DNA of 64,000 nucleotides. Origin: Heterodontus francisci. Taxonomy: Eukaryota. Below the pieces are notes generated by a model. The model saw only the letters and a list, made by a program, of their open reading frames with translations. It was not told the DNA's origin and did no database searches. This document shows positions 1 through 13,097 of this stretch, in pieces. The DNA lies in contig NW_027141682.1 in assembly GCF_036365525.1 (NCBI RefSeq), positions 744,001 through 808,000 on the forward strand, given 5' to 3'. The translations under genes and the position numbers were made by a program. Each line of letters starts with the position of its first letter. The stretch's first letter is position 1.

Positions 1-429
1 CAGACAGCGAGTAAAGCACTTTCAGGTACGTCAGTAAAATTAATACTAATTTATACCATTAACAGCTGGATAAAAATGCAGCTTACAAAACAAACATCTC
101 AAAATCCAGAAAGTTATCTTAATCAGACATCTGCTGAAAGCGGAAATCAAACAAGATTTATCTCATAATAATGCAGAGCGTTTTTTACTGGTTTAAAATA
201 ATTGTAATCATAATATTCAATCATAACAATTCACTTAGAAATGTCACCGATTTCTCTTCAGTATACACTGAATCCAAGGATATAAACATTTAAAATGAGA
301 AATGTTACGAAGGGACAGTTTAATTCATGTGCAGAATTGCAGCTGACAATTTAATGTAGGCTTCACTCGGTGAATAACACTCCTCTCTCTGTTATTTTAA
401 TTGCACATGTTTAGCAGTTTATCCTACAG

Positions 430-1290
430 TGGCTTCTGCAAAATTAGAACTGTGCCACTTCCTGACAATATCCCTCTGGCTCTCTCCTGACTGGCACCCC
501 GACCTCAAACTTCCTTCCATCCAACACAGTGCTGCACAACCCCAGCCCTCAACAAGTCCAGCTCGCCCAACACCGTCGCATTCACTGACTTCGCTGAGAT
601 CTCAATCCAGCAAACACCTTACATTTAAAATTATCATACTCAGCTAATATCTGTTCATGACCGAAGCCACCACCATCACCACACTCCTGCAAAACTACAT
701 CAAAACTAACCCGTGAATGCTCCATACCTCCGACATTGGCCGCTTATGGAAGGACTGCCCTTGCTTGGTTCCTATCTAACTGATCAGATCACAACCAAAG
801 CATCTCCAGCAATGGCCATTGCTCTCACTACAAACCCTGTTCAATCAACAGTCCCTGAACTTGCGACTTTTACATCCTCCTCTTCCACTTCTACATTCTT
901 CCCAATGGCATCAACAACGCCACGAACCGGGTCATCTTCCACATGTGTGTTGGCAACAGAAAACTCCAGCTCTCCACCATCACTCTCGACCATCCACTGC
1001 CTTTGAGTGATCAGACGACAACTGTTTGCTTCGTGTGAGCTATGTTTTTGTCCAATAAAACGTACAAAAGACCAAAACAATCATCTTTTGTTTCACCATA
1101 AACTCACCGACCCCATTCCCCTTCATAGCTGTTGTCTCAGGCCCCAGACATTTTTTTTTTACCTTTACCCTATTCATCCTTCCGATCTGAGCTTCTGATC
1201 CCATATCCCCTCCATCATAAAAGATGCCTACATTTGCCTCGCGAACATGACGGCCTCAAGCTCTGTCTCAGCCCATCGGCCACTGACAAA
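430..1290 (+). mobile_element. Highly decayed L2-like LINE fragments
   Basis: Remnants such as CCCTTGCTTGGTTCCTATCTAACTGATC (ALAWF-SYL-D-like) and C-rich L2-type composition; no intact ORF. Confidence 0.4.
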
Positions 1291-1299
1291 ACATGTATT

Positions 1300-2745
1300 G
1301 GAGAGTGACTGCCTTTGACATCACGTCAGTATTTGACCGAGTATGGCATCAAGGAGCCCGAGCAAAATTGTCGTCAATGGGAATCAGGGGGAAAACACTC
1401 CGCTGGTTCGAATCACACCTAACGCAAAGGAAGATGGCTGTGGTCGTTGGAGGCCATTTATCTGACCTCCAGGACATCACTGCAGGAGTTCGTCAGGGTA
1501 GTGTCTTCGGCCCAACCGTCTTCAGATGCTTCATCAATGACCTTCCTTCCATGATAAGGTCAGAAGTTGGGTTGTTCGCTGATGATTGCACAATGTTCAG
1601 CACCATTCGCAACTCCTCAGATACTGAAGCAGTCTGTGTAGAAATGCAGCAAGACCTGGACAATATCCAGGCTTGGGCTGATAATTAGCAAGTAACATTC
1701 GCACCACACAAGTGCCAGGCTATGACCATCTCCAACAAGAGAGAATTTAACCATCTCGCTTGACATTCAATGGCAGTAACATTGCGGAACTCGCGCTATC
1801 AACATCCTAGGGGCTACCATTGACCAGAAACTGAACTGGAGTAGCCATATAAATACTGTGGCTACAAGAGCAAGTCGGAGGCTAGGACTCCTCAAAGCCT
1901 GTCCGCCGTCTACAAGGCTCAGGTCAGGAGATTGATGGAATACTCTCCAATTTTATGGATGGGTGCAGCCCCAACAACACGCAAGAAGCTCACCATCCAG
2001 GACAAAGCCCGCTAGATTGGCACTCCATCCACATACATTCACTCTCTCCACCACCGACGGACAGTAGTGTGTACAGTCTTCAAGATGCATTGCAACAACG
2101 CACCAAGGCTCCTTAGACAGCACCTTCGAAACCTGCCACCTCTACCACCTGGAAGGACAAGGGCAGCAAATGCATGGGAGCAGCAACACCTGCAAATTCC
2201 CCTCCAGGTCACACCATACTGACTTGGAACTATATTGCCGTTTCTTCACTGTCGCTGGGTCAAAATCCTGGAACTCCCTTCCTAACAGCACTGTGGGTGT
2301 ACCTACCGCTCATGGATTGAAGCGGCACAGTGGCGCAGTGGTTAGCACTGCAGTTTCACAGCTGCAGGGACCCGGGTTCGATTCTGGGTACTGCCTGTGT
2401 GGAGGTTGCAAGTTCTCCCTGTGTCTGCGTTGGTTTTCTCCGGGTGCTCCGGTTTCCTCCCACAAGCCAAAAGACTTGCAGGTTGATAGGTAAATTGGCC
2501 ATTATAAATTGTCACTAGTATAGGTAGGTGGTAGGGAAATATAGGGACAGGTGGGAATGTTTGGTAGGAATGTAGGATTAGTATAAAAATGGGTGGTTGA
2601 TGTTCGGCACAGACTCGGTGGGCCGAAGGGCCTGTTTCAGTGCTGTATCTCTAATCTAAGAAGGCAGCTCACCACCACCTTCTCAAGGACAATTAGGCAT
2701 GGGCAGTAAATGCTGGCCTAGCCTGCGACACATTGATCTCATAAA
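1300..2745 (+). mobile_element. 5'-truncated CR1-group (L2/Crack-like) LINE, RT and 3' end, interrupted by a SINE
   Basis: ORF 1293-1688 has FDRVWHQG, GVRQGSVFGP and LFADD RT motifs; the LINE resumes after the SINE at 2659 with AAGAAGGCAGCTCACCACCACCTTCTCAAGG and its 3' tail. Confidence 0.9.
2322..2658 (+). mobile_element. HE1-type V-SINE
   Basis: tRNA-like head (A box TGGCGCAGTGG, B box GGTTCGATTC), V-domain CCGGGTGCTCCGGTTTCCTCCCAC, CR1-derived tail GGGCCGAAGGGCCTGTTTCAGTGCTGTATCTCTA. Confidence 0.92.
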
Positions 2746-2979
2746 ATAAGAGAAATACAATTGGTTAACTTTACTTACTCTTGGTGGGACTTCCCTCTTT
2801 GTTTACACAGTTATCCATCTGATCAGATGCAGAATCTCCAGTTATGGCATCTCCCCTCACCCCACATCAGCATAATCTTTGATGTCTCTCTTCATCTTCA
2901 ATAACAACTTTCCATTGGAGTTTACACCGGCAGGTGTGGGCTGAGAATTTACTTGTGCGCTGATGACATCTATGTTCTC

Positions 2980-3380
2980 TAATACCTCCCCTAATACCTA
3001 AATGATCAACATCTCTTTATATCTCTGTTTTTTCTCATTTCCACTATTACCTGTGTCACTGAAATTACACTCGTCAGCAAACATAGATAGATGACGCTTC
3101 ATTCCCTTAACCTATTCATTTAGAAATTTAGTGAAAAGACGCCACCCAAGTCCAGATCACTGGGAGACAACAATAAGAATAAACTGACCATTTCAGCACA
3201 TAGCCTTTGGCCCCCCTCTGTCTCCTCTCTCCTGGACAACTCCACAGCCTAGACAATAGGTTGCGTCCAGGCCCAGGTGCTTTATTTTTAGGTGTCCCTG
3301 ATGTGAATTCTCGTCGAGTGCCTTCTGGAAGCTCCTATAAATAAAACAAACCACATCTACCACATTGGCATTTAGTTACT
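2980..3380 (-). mobile_element. Decayed CR1 RT fragment
   Basis: Minus strand reads FQKALDE and LSMFADE-like RT remnants. Confidence 0.55.
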
Positions 3381-3874
3381 ACCGACTAGCTTCCTGCTGT
3401 TATCAAATCTATGCTGCAGAATTCTGTCCTTAAACCCCGCTACCTACCACTCCTCTCCTCTCCTCTCCTGATAACAATACATTCCTCTGATTGAGCTTAT
3501 GGTTACCTCCCCTAATACCCTTTTTGGGCAGGATCTACTGGCCTCTGAATATATTTTTGTGAATTGTCCTTCAACGTTTTTCTATCTTAAATGCACTATT
3601 TAAATTCAAGTTTTTAATGTTTGATGTTATAATCCTCCAGTCTTGCCCTCTCACAATCCATACCCATGTCTTTGTTGATTAAATACAACTCTCGGAAAAC
3701 TTGCCTGACCTTCCTATCTCTCCATCTCCCACTCTTCCTTTGATATCCTCATTGAAACTCGCTCTGTTACCAAGCTTTTTGTCACTTCTTATGTTTCCTT
3801 ATTTATTTGTGTATCTCTCCTCAGAGCACTCTGGATAACCTTGGAAAAGATTAGAGATATAGAGACATTGATTC

Positions 3875-5690
3875 ATTTACAGCAAAGATGGTGACCATTC
3901 GGCCCATGCTGGCTCACTTCGGAGCCATCCAGTCAGTCTCATTCTCCCGCTGAATGGTCATAGACCTGCAGATTTTTTAATCATTATTATTTGCAGTGCC
4001 TATCCAATTTTCTATTGAAATAGTTGATTGTCTTCGCTTCTAGCACCGTCATGGGCAGCCAGTTCCAGGTAAGTACCATTAGTGACCTAAAAGAACCCCA
4101 CAATCCCCCTGCATCTCTTGCCTCAAACCTTCAATCGTTGTCCCCTAGTCCTTGTACCATTAGGTTTGTCTCACGGCCTGTCATAATATTGTAAAACTTT
4201 ATGATATCTCCACTGAATCTCTTCTGTTTCAAGAAGAACGTCACTAGTTTTTCTAACATTATCTTGTAACCAAAATCCCCCAACCCTGGAACCATTCTGG
4301 TAAATTCTCTCAGCATCCTCTCAAAGGGCAAGGAATCCTTCCTGAAGTGTGATGTCAGAGCTGGATGCAATAATCTATTTGGGGTCCAGCCAGAACTTGA
4401 TGAACGTCCAGCAAAGCTTCTTGTTTTTGTACTCTACGTGCCATTGATGAAGCCCGAGGTCACATAAGCTTTGTTAACAACTCTTTCAATGTGTCCTTGC
4501 AGATTCAAAGATCGATGCGCATGCACCACTGTGTCCCTCTGTTCCTGCATATTCTTTAGAAGCGCGCCATTGCCTCACCTATACCTTCTGCCAAAATGCA
4601 TTACCTCCCTCTTTTCTGTATGAAATTCCATCTCTGAGTTGTCTTCTCAAACTGCTCACCTATTTATTTCCTTTTTCAGTTCATTTCATCTGCAACGTTC
4701 GGCGCCATCGGCAAATTTTGAAATTCTACTCTATTCCAAGATTTAATTGATTAATATGCAGCAAAAAAAAAGCACAGGTCCTAGCACTAACCGTTAGACA
4801 ACACTACTGTCGAGCATACGGCAGTCTGATAAGCAGCTATTTACCACGCTTTGTTGTTTTCTGTAGTTGAACCATTTGTGTATCCAATTGTACACTGACC
4901 CTCAACTTTGTCAACCAGCCTTTTATGTGGCACTTTGTTAAACAAAGACTACTATGACATGGGGTCCCTGAAACACCTCATGTACGGCAGACATCTCAAA
5001 GCCCTGGAGAGATATCACCAGTTGAACCTCTGCAAGATACTGAAAACTCAATGCCAGGACAGGCGCTCCATTAGCAGTCTCCTCTCTCAGGTCAACATCC
5101 CCAACATCGAGACACTGGTCATGGTAAGTCAGTTGTGTTGGGCGAACCACATCGTTCAGAGGCCTGACGCAGTACTCCCCAAACAAGCTATCTACTCCGA
5201 GCTCCGTCACAGCAAGAGGCTACCAGGAGAGCAGATGAAACACTACAACGATATCCTTAAATACTGCATGAAAAAAAGTGACATCTACACTGATTTGTGG
5301 GTACCTTTGCCTGAGACCGCCCAAAATGGAGCGGAAACATCCAGGATGGAGCCAGATAGTTCGAACAACGTAGACATGCTCAGGTAGCGAACCAAGTGCA
5401 AACGGCAGAAGGAGCGTTGGGAAATTCGAGCATCCCAATCTCTAGCCTCACCAAACACCACCTGTCGCAACTGTGGCAGAGTGTGCGGATGCAGAATTCA
5501 ACTATTCAGTCAGCTAATGACCTACAACTCTGGAGTAGAAGAAAGGCATTCTCATTCCCGAGGGACTGCCCAGTAAGAAGACTTTCTTGCACACTTTCTT
5601 AAAATCCATAGCGCCAATATCTACCACATTCCTTTCATCAACATTCCCTGTTATCTCATCCAAAAGTTCAACTCGACACTTAATTAAGGC
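3875..5690 (-). mobile_element. Decayed CR1 LINE 3' part, split by an RTE insertion (4944-5582)
   Basis: Minus ORF 4131-4370 (REFTRMVPGL); DFKK half (ORF 5514-5696) and KVPHKRL half (near 4915-4943) of one RT motif lie on either side of the insert. Confidence 0.75.
4944..5582 (+). mobile_element. RTE-clade LINE 3' fragment
   Basis: ORF 4908-5387 QLCWANHIVQRPDAVLPKQAIYSEL..KR matches the RTE C-terminal WxGHVxR-LPKQ-ELxxGKR motif; a C-terminal CRNCGRVC knuckle follows. Confidence 0.8.
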
Positions 5691-5737
5691 GGGCATGGGT
5701 GAATGAGATTTAGGTTGAATATTTTAAACCCAGATTA

Positions 5738-6098
5738 TTCTTTCATGGGATTTGAGCGTCGCTGGGAACGATTTGTTGCCCATCCCTAATTTCCCTTGAC
5801 AATCCAGTGGTTTTCTAGGTAATTTCAGAGGGAAGTTAAAAGTCAACCACATTGCTGTAGGTCTGGAGTGACATGTCAGCCAAACCAGGTAAGGAAGTTA
5901 GATCCGCTTCCCTAATGGCCATTGGTGAACCAAATGGTTTGTTGTCAAAATTGATGATAGTTTCATGGCACCATTGCTGAGACTAGCTTTCAATTCCAGA
6001 TTGCACTTATATTTCTGATTATTTAATTGGATTTAAATTCCACCAGCTGTCGTGGTAGGATTCGAACTCGCGTCCCCAGGGCATTCACCTGGGCATCT
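5738..6098 (-). mobile_element. Second SINE family (tRNA-like head, tail shared with the LINE at 1300-2745)
   Basis: Minus strand B box GAGTTCGAATCC; tail CAAGGGAAATTAGGGATGGGCAACAAAT..CCAGCGACGC matches 2685-2740; sister copies at 33690 and 61646. Confidence 0.75.
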
Positions 6099-6099
6099 C

Positions 6100-9000
6100 G
6101 GAGAGTGGAAAACAGCAAGACTGGAGCCAAAGGGAGAGAACGAGAGTTTGAAAACAAAGTGAACAGGAAAACTGCAAGGTGAATGCTTGGTGAGCAACTG
6201 CTGTGAGGGAATAGCTCTAAATACCTGGGTTAGTAACAAAAGTAAAGAGAAAGTTAAGGTCTACAGTTTTCTAAACAGTAAGTAGTGTTTCCTTTAGGAG
6301 ATCAAGGTCCCTAAATGACCTCTAATTTTGAGTAATTTAAGGGAGAAAATTAAGAGTAAGTTATGACAGGGCAGCTCGGCAGCGTGAAGTGCTCCTGCTG
6401 TGCAATGTAGGAATTCAGGAACACTTCCAGTGTCCAGGGCGAAAAAGTGTGCAGTAAGTGTCTCCACCTGTTGCTACTCGAAATCCACGTTTCAGATCTG
6501 GAGCGGCGGCTGGGGACACTGGAGCATCCGTAAGGCTGTGGTCATTGTGGATAGCACCGACAGGAAGGTGGTCACACCGCAGGCAATGGCTGCTCAGGCA
6601 GAAAGGAAACGGAGACTGCCAGGCACAGTAGAATAACTAGGTAGATAGTGCAGGAGTCCCCTGTGTCCATCTCCCATTCTGACAGATTGTCCACTTTGGA
6701 TAATTTTGAGAGAGACAACTTCTCAGGGGAATGCAGTTGCAGCCAAGTTTGTGCCACCAAGGGTGGCTCAGTTGCAGAGGAGGGAAGGAAAAAGAGTGGG
6801 CAAGCTATACTGATAGGGGATTCTATCGTAACCGGCACAGATAGCCGTTTCTGTGTCGCAATCGTGACTCCAGGATGGTATGTTGCCTTCCTGGTGCTCA
6901 GGCTAAAGATGTCACGGTGCAGCTGCAGGGCATTCTCAAAGGGGAGCGTGAAAAGTCAAAGGGTTAGGTTGACATTGGTATTAAGGACATAAATGGAAAG
7001 AGGGATGAGGTACTGCAACAAGAATTTAGGGAGTGAGCGAGTGGATTAAAAAGCAGGACCTTAAAGGCTCAAATCTATGGATTACTCCCGGTGCCACGTG
7101 CTAGTGAGTATAGGAATAGAAGGACAGAGCAGATGAATGCATGGCTGAGGAGATGGTTCAGGAGGGAGGGCTTTAGTTTGCTAGATCACTGGGTCTGTGT
7201 CCTGCGGAGGTGGGACCCGTACAAGTCGGACGGGTTTCACCTGAACAAGAACGGGACCATCCTTGCTGGGAGTTTTGCTCGTGCTGTTAGGTGAGTGGGG
7301 TGGCGGGGGGAGGGGATGGGAGGGGTGGCGGGGGAAGGGCGGGTTTAAACTAATTTGGCAGAAGGATGGGATACAGTGTGGAAGTACAGTAGGAGGTGAT
7401 GCACTGACAAATATATAAGACAAACTGAGTCAGTCTGGAAGGCAGATGAAATACAGATTTGTTCAGGTACACGCAAATAATGCAAGGCTGGATTGCATCT
7501 GTTTTACCGCAAGGAGTTTACAAGTAAGGCCGATGAACTGATTAACATATGGGCATATGATATTATTGCTATCACAGTGACATGGTTGAGGGAAGGGCAG
7601 GACTGGCAGCTCAATATTCCAGGGTATTGAATCTTCAGGCGTGACAGGGGAGGGGGTAAAAGAGGAGGTGGCATTGCACTGTTGGTCAAGGAGTAAATTA
7701 CTGCAGTAAGGACGGATGATATCTTAATAGGTTCCTCAAATGAGGCTATATGGGTAGAATTTTTATAAACAGGCAATCACTTGGCTGGGATTGTACTACA
7801 GGCCTCCAAACTGTCAGGGAGAGATAGAGCAGGAGATATGTAGGCAAATTTCAGACGGCCGAAAAAGTAATAGGGTAATAATCGTAGGGGATTTCAACTT
7901 CATCAATATTAACTGGGATAATATCAGTGCAAAAGACCTAAAGGGGCCAGAATTCTTAAAGTACATCCAGAAGAGCTTTTGAAGCCAGTATATAGAAGGT
8001 TCTACAAGAGAAGGGCGGTACTGGACGTAATCCGAGGGAATGAAGCTGGGCAAGTGGAGAAAGCGCCGTTGAGGGAGCAGTTCAGGGATAGTGACCATAA
8101 CTGTATAACAGTAAAGGTAGTTATGGAGAAGGACAAAGATGGACCGAAAATAAAGGTTCTGAATTGGAGGAAAGCCGCTTTCAATATGATAAAACAGGAT
8201 CTGGCCAAAGTGGACAGGGAGCAGTTACTTGAAGGGAAGTCTACATCAGAACAGTGGGATTCAAAAAAGAAAATAGTGAGAGTTAACAGCCAACATGTTC
8301 CCATAAAGATAAAGGGTGGCAACAATAAGTGCAGGGAACACTGAGTGTCAAGGGATATAGAGGATTGGATAAGGGAAAAAAAAGAGGCCTATGGCAGATT
8401 CAGAGCGCTGAAAACAGCGGAGACCCCAGAGGAGTATAGAAAGTGTAGTGGCATAATTAAAAAAAGTAATTAGGGGAGCGAAGAGGGTGCATGAAAAACC
8501 ACTGGAAAACAAGATAAAGGGAAATACCATGGCGTTTTTCTAAGTATATTATGGGCAAGAGGGTAACCAAGGAAAGAGTGGGGCCCATTATGGACCAAAG
8601 TAGCAAACAGTGTGTGGACCGGAGAACATAGGTGAGGTTTTGAATGATTGCTTTTCATCTATGTTCACTATGCAAGGTGCAGAGATCAGGGAGGGGGATT
8701 GTGATATACTTGAATAAATTAGCATTGAAAGTGTATCAACGGTTTTAGCTGGCTTAAAACTAGATCAATCCCAAGGCCCAGATGAGATGTATCCCAGGCT
8801 GCTATGTGAGGAAAAGGAAGAGATTTCAGGGGATCTGACACAAATTTTTAAATCCTCTCTGGACACAGGACAGTTGCCTGAGGACTGGAGGACAGCGAAT
8901 GGGGTACCATTATTCAAGAAGGGTAGTAGGGATAAACCAAGTTATTGCAGGCCAGTGAGTCTAATGTTAGTGGCAGGGAAATTATTGGGAAAAATTGTGA

Positions 9001-10330
9001 GGGACAGGATTAATATCCTCTTGGAGAAGCAGGGATTAATCAGGGATAGGCAGCATTGCTTTGTCAGGGGGAGATCGTGTCTATGTAACTTGATTGAATT
9101 TTTCGAGGCGTTGACTAGAGGTGTCGATGAGGGTAAAGCAGTTGATGTAGTCTACATGGACCTCAGTAAGCCTTTTAATAAGCTCTCGCATGGGAGTTTG
9201 GTCAAGAAGGTAAGAGCCCATGGGAGCCCGGGTAATTTGGCAAATTAGATCCAAAATTGGCACAGTGATAGGTGGTAAAGGGTGATGGTCGAGGGTTGTA
9301 TCTGCTAATGGAAGCCTGTGACCAGTGGTGTACCGCAGGGATCGGTGCTGAGACCCTTGCTCTTTGTGGTATACATTAATGATTTAGACGTGCTTATTGG
9401 AGAGATGTTCAGTAAGTTCGCAGATGACACGGCAATTGGTGGTGTTGTAAATAGTGAGAAGGAAAGCTTTAGATTAAAGGACGATATAGATGGGCTGGTA
9501 AGATAGGCACATCAGTGGCAGATGGAATTTAATCCTGAAAAGTGTGAGGTGATGCCTTTTGGGAGGACTAACGCGTCAGAAGAATATAAAATGGATTGCA
9601 GGATCCTCGGAAGTACAAACGGTCAGAGGGACTTTGAGGTACTTATTCATTAATTACTGAAGGCAGCAGCACAGGTGGATAAGGTGGTTCGGAAGGAATA
9701 TGGGATAATTGTATTTATTACGCATAGAATATAAGAGAAGGGTGGTCATGGTGGAGCTGTATAAAACGGTAGTTATGCCATAGCTGGAGCATTGTGTACA
9801 GTTCTGATTGCCACACTGTAGGAAGGATGTGATTGCACTGGAGAGGGTGCAGAGGAGATTCACCAGGATGCTGCCTGGGCAGGAGTATTTCAGCTATGAA
9901 GAAAAACTGATAGACAAGGGTTATTTGCCTTAGAGCAGAGAAGGCTGAGGCAGGACCTGATTGAGGTACAGAAAAATATTCGTGGCATTGTTAGGGTTGA
10001 AAGGAAGAAACCTTTTTTCCCCTTAGTGGATGTGTCAATAACCAGGGGTCATAGTTTTAAGGTGAGGGGCAGGAGGGTTAGCGGTGGTTTGAGGAAACAT
10101 TTTGTCACCCAGAGGGTGGTTGGAATCTGGAACACACTGCCTGGAAGGTAGAGGCAGGCACCCTCACAACCTATAAGAAGTATGTGGATGAGAACTTGAA
10201 ACGCCATAGCATACAAGGCTGCAGGCCAAGTGCTGGAAACAGGGATGAAAATAGATAGATGCGTGATGGCCAGAAAGGGCTCGATGGGCCGAAGAGTCTG
10301 TTTCCTTGCTGTATGACTCCATGACTCTAT
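6100..10330 (+). mobile_element. Near full-length decayed CR1 LINE (ORF1 esterase, APE, RT)
   Basis: ORF1 remnants LIGDS and DGFHLN; APE motifs YYRPPN, VGDFNF, SDHN; [11 protein letters not shown] and KFADDT; tail CTGTATGACTCCATGACTCTAT; many stops and frameshifts. Confidence 0.92.
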
Positions 10331-10709
10331 CTGCATTACTAACTCAGTGGCTTTACCAGTACACAACCATCTCCCGAGCGTTGAGCGGAATTAGAAATAC
10401 AAGAACTATTCAAAAACGATGGGAGGCACTCAAAGAAGTATTGAGTATAATAAGTATTGAATACTTAGAACCTGTTCCAGCTCTTTGGAAGATTATCTCA
10501 ATTAATCTCCATGCGCTACTCTTTTCTATTGTCTTGAATTTTATTTCCCTTGCGGTATTTGTACAATTCTCTTTTGGTTGTTAATATTCAATCTGAAACT
10601 ACCAGTCTTTAGCAAGTGCATTCAACCAACAACACCGCGCCACTTACAAAGGCTTTCTCCATGAAGCATGTAGGTTGCAACATTGCTTCAGTTGCTTTTG
10701 TAAAATATG

Positions 10710-11269
10710 TGTTAAGGACTTATATTTGTCTCATTGACATTAATGCATCTGGAATCTTAAAAAGATGGTTGGACGTTGTGTTATTTTTTTTAAGTTAACA
10801 GATGTCTTGAAATGCAGTTGTGGATAGAACCTGTTTGCAAATAACACAGCATGGGTTGTTCTTGACTTAAAGAGATATTTACAAAGAAGTGACAAGCCAA
10901 GATTTGTAGACATCGTGAGACTTGACTTCTGGAAATTTTGGTTTCAATTCGAACTGTTGAAAAAGAAACAAAAAAATATAGCTTTCTAATTGACCTGCCA
11001 GGAGATTATCAGCTCATCTTTCTCCAGAAAAGAAACCCTGCAGAAATCTTGCATCGAATAGGTGAGAACTAAAACCCTGTTGCTGCTTCCTGTTGTACGA
11101 CCTTATTCGGAGCCTTCTGCAGCTGCATCTGTTGGAAAGCCTACCCAAACTGATCGTCAAGGTCGCCTGGAAGGAACTGTGCTGGGAAGATCCTAGTGAC
11201 TGTCGCCAATTCACATTTGGGTGCTTAACAACACCGGGTGCGTGTGCATGAGCGTGTGTGTGTGTATGA

Positions 11270-11343
<74 letters not shown>

Positions 11344-11595
11344 GCTTGAATAAATAAAGGGCTTTAATATGTCATGATGTGTCTATGTTTTACTTCATCA
11401 TTGGTTCAACCTGGATTATACTAAGCTGATAATGTTGCGCTTTAGTAAAGAAACCTGGTTGGTGCCCTTTATTTTGTGGAAAAGTAAAGTATATGATTGA
11501 CTGCTTTGGTCAGTGGTAAAATTTAAATGTATGTAGTGACCTATGCACAATTGGGACGGAATTAGCTGGAGACTCCTCCCACCTCAGTCATAACA
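10710..11595. mobile_element. Possible solo LTR-like element
   Basis: Begins TGTTAAGGAC and ends GTCATAACA (imperfect TG..CA inverted termini); internal AATAAA near 11349; no target-site duplication seen. Confidence 0.3.
11238..11340. repeat. (TG)n microsatellite
   Basis: Long, largely pure TG run. Confidence 0.98.
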
Positions 11596-12427
11596 GCGAC
11601 TCAACTCCTGATAGCCTTAGTACAAACATGGAAAAATGATCTGAATTTCAGAATTGAGTTGAGAGTTACTGGGACTTTGACAGGTGGTGAGAGACCCCAC
11701 ACGAGAAAAATAAAACGACTTGACCTCGTACTCACCAACCTATCTGTCCCGGATGCATCCTTTGATGACATTATTGGTAGGAGTGACCACTGCACAGTCC
11801 TTGTAGAGACGAGGTCCTGCCTTCACACTGAATACATACTCCATCTTGTTCTGTGGCACTTCCACTATATCAACTGGGATATAATCAGAACAGAGATAAT
11901 CGCCCAAATTTGGCATCCGTGAGGGAATGTGGGCCATCAGCTGCATCCCAATTCTATTATAACAAAATCTGCAACCAAATGGCCCTGCATATCCGTCACT
12001 CTATAATTACCTTCATGCTATGGGAGCAACCCTAGCGTCATTGAGGAGTTCCTGAGAGCATGCCAGGAGCAGCACCAGGCTAACCTACGAAGTGCTAAAC
12101 TGATGAAGATGCAGCGGAGGACGACATGCTTGTGAAACAGTGGAAGTAACAAGCTATGGATAGGAGTATGTGATTGCACAAATAACGGATCAGGACAAAC
12201 TTCTGCAGTCCTCCGACATCCAGTCTTGAATGGCAGTGAAACATGAAGCAACTAACCGGAGCTGGAGGCTCCAAAAACATCCCAGTTATCAGTAATCGAG
12301 GAGACCAGCATGGCAGTGAAAAATACAAGACTGAAGCATTTACAATTAACTTAAGCCAGAAGTGCCGAATAGATGATCCATTTCGGAATACTCCTGAGGT
12401 CCAGACTAACCTAGATACCAGAAGTAA

Positions 12428-13097
12428 GATACAAAAACAAGAAATGCTGGATTCACTCAGCAGGTCTGGCAGCATCTGTGGAAAGAGAAGCAGAGTTAAC
12501 GTTTCGGGTCAGTGACCCTTCTTCGGAACTGACAAATATTAGAAAAGTCACAGATTATCAACAAGTGAGGTGGGGGTTGGGCAAGAGATAACAAAGGAGA
12601 AGGTGCAGATTGGACCAGGCCACATAGCTGACCAAAAGGTCACGAAACAAAGGCAAACAATATGTTAATGGTGTGTTGAAAGACAAAGCATTAGTACAGA
12701 TTAGGTGTGAATATACTGAATATTGAACATCAGCAAGTGCAAACCTGAAGAAGAACAACCTGAAAAAAACAGTGGGTAAGCAAACTGAACAAACTAAGAT
12801 GAAATGAAATAAATGCAAAAAAAGATTGTAAAAAATGTAAAAAGGAATGCAAAAAAAAAAAGGAAGAAAAAATAACTAAAAATGACTAAAAATGAAAGTA
12901 AAGTGGGGGGCTGTCATGCTCTGAAATTATTGAACTCAATGTTCAGTCCGGCAGGCTGTAGTGTGCCTAATCGGTAGATGAGATGCTGTTCCTCGAGCTT
13001 GCGTTGATGTTCACTGGAACACTGCAGCAATCCCAGGACAGAGATGTGAGCATGAGAGCAGGGGGGAGTGTTGAAATGGCAAGCAACCAGAAGCTCA
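12428..13097 (-). mobile_element. Penelope-like element 3' fragment (end of GIY-YIG ORF plus pLTR)
   Basis: ORF 12914-13111 VACHFN..RKLEEQHLIYRLGTLQPAGLN is nearly identical to ORF 47534-47752; the pLTR matches 47750-48200. Confidence 0.92.
12494..12530 (-). ncRNA. Minimal hammerhead ribozyme-like motif (core variant CCGAAGA)
   Basis: Minus strand AGUU-CCGAAGA-A-GGGUCA-C-UGACCC-GAAAC-GUU-AACU. Confidence 0.6.

Noticed and set aside
2322-2392. SINE heads as tRNA genes (also 6040-6098, 29183, 33866, 51062, 59316, 61890)
   Set aside because: They continue into SINE bodies and tails and lack a full cloverleaf
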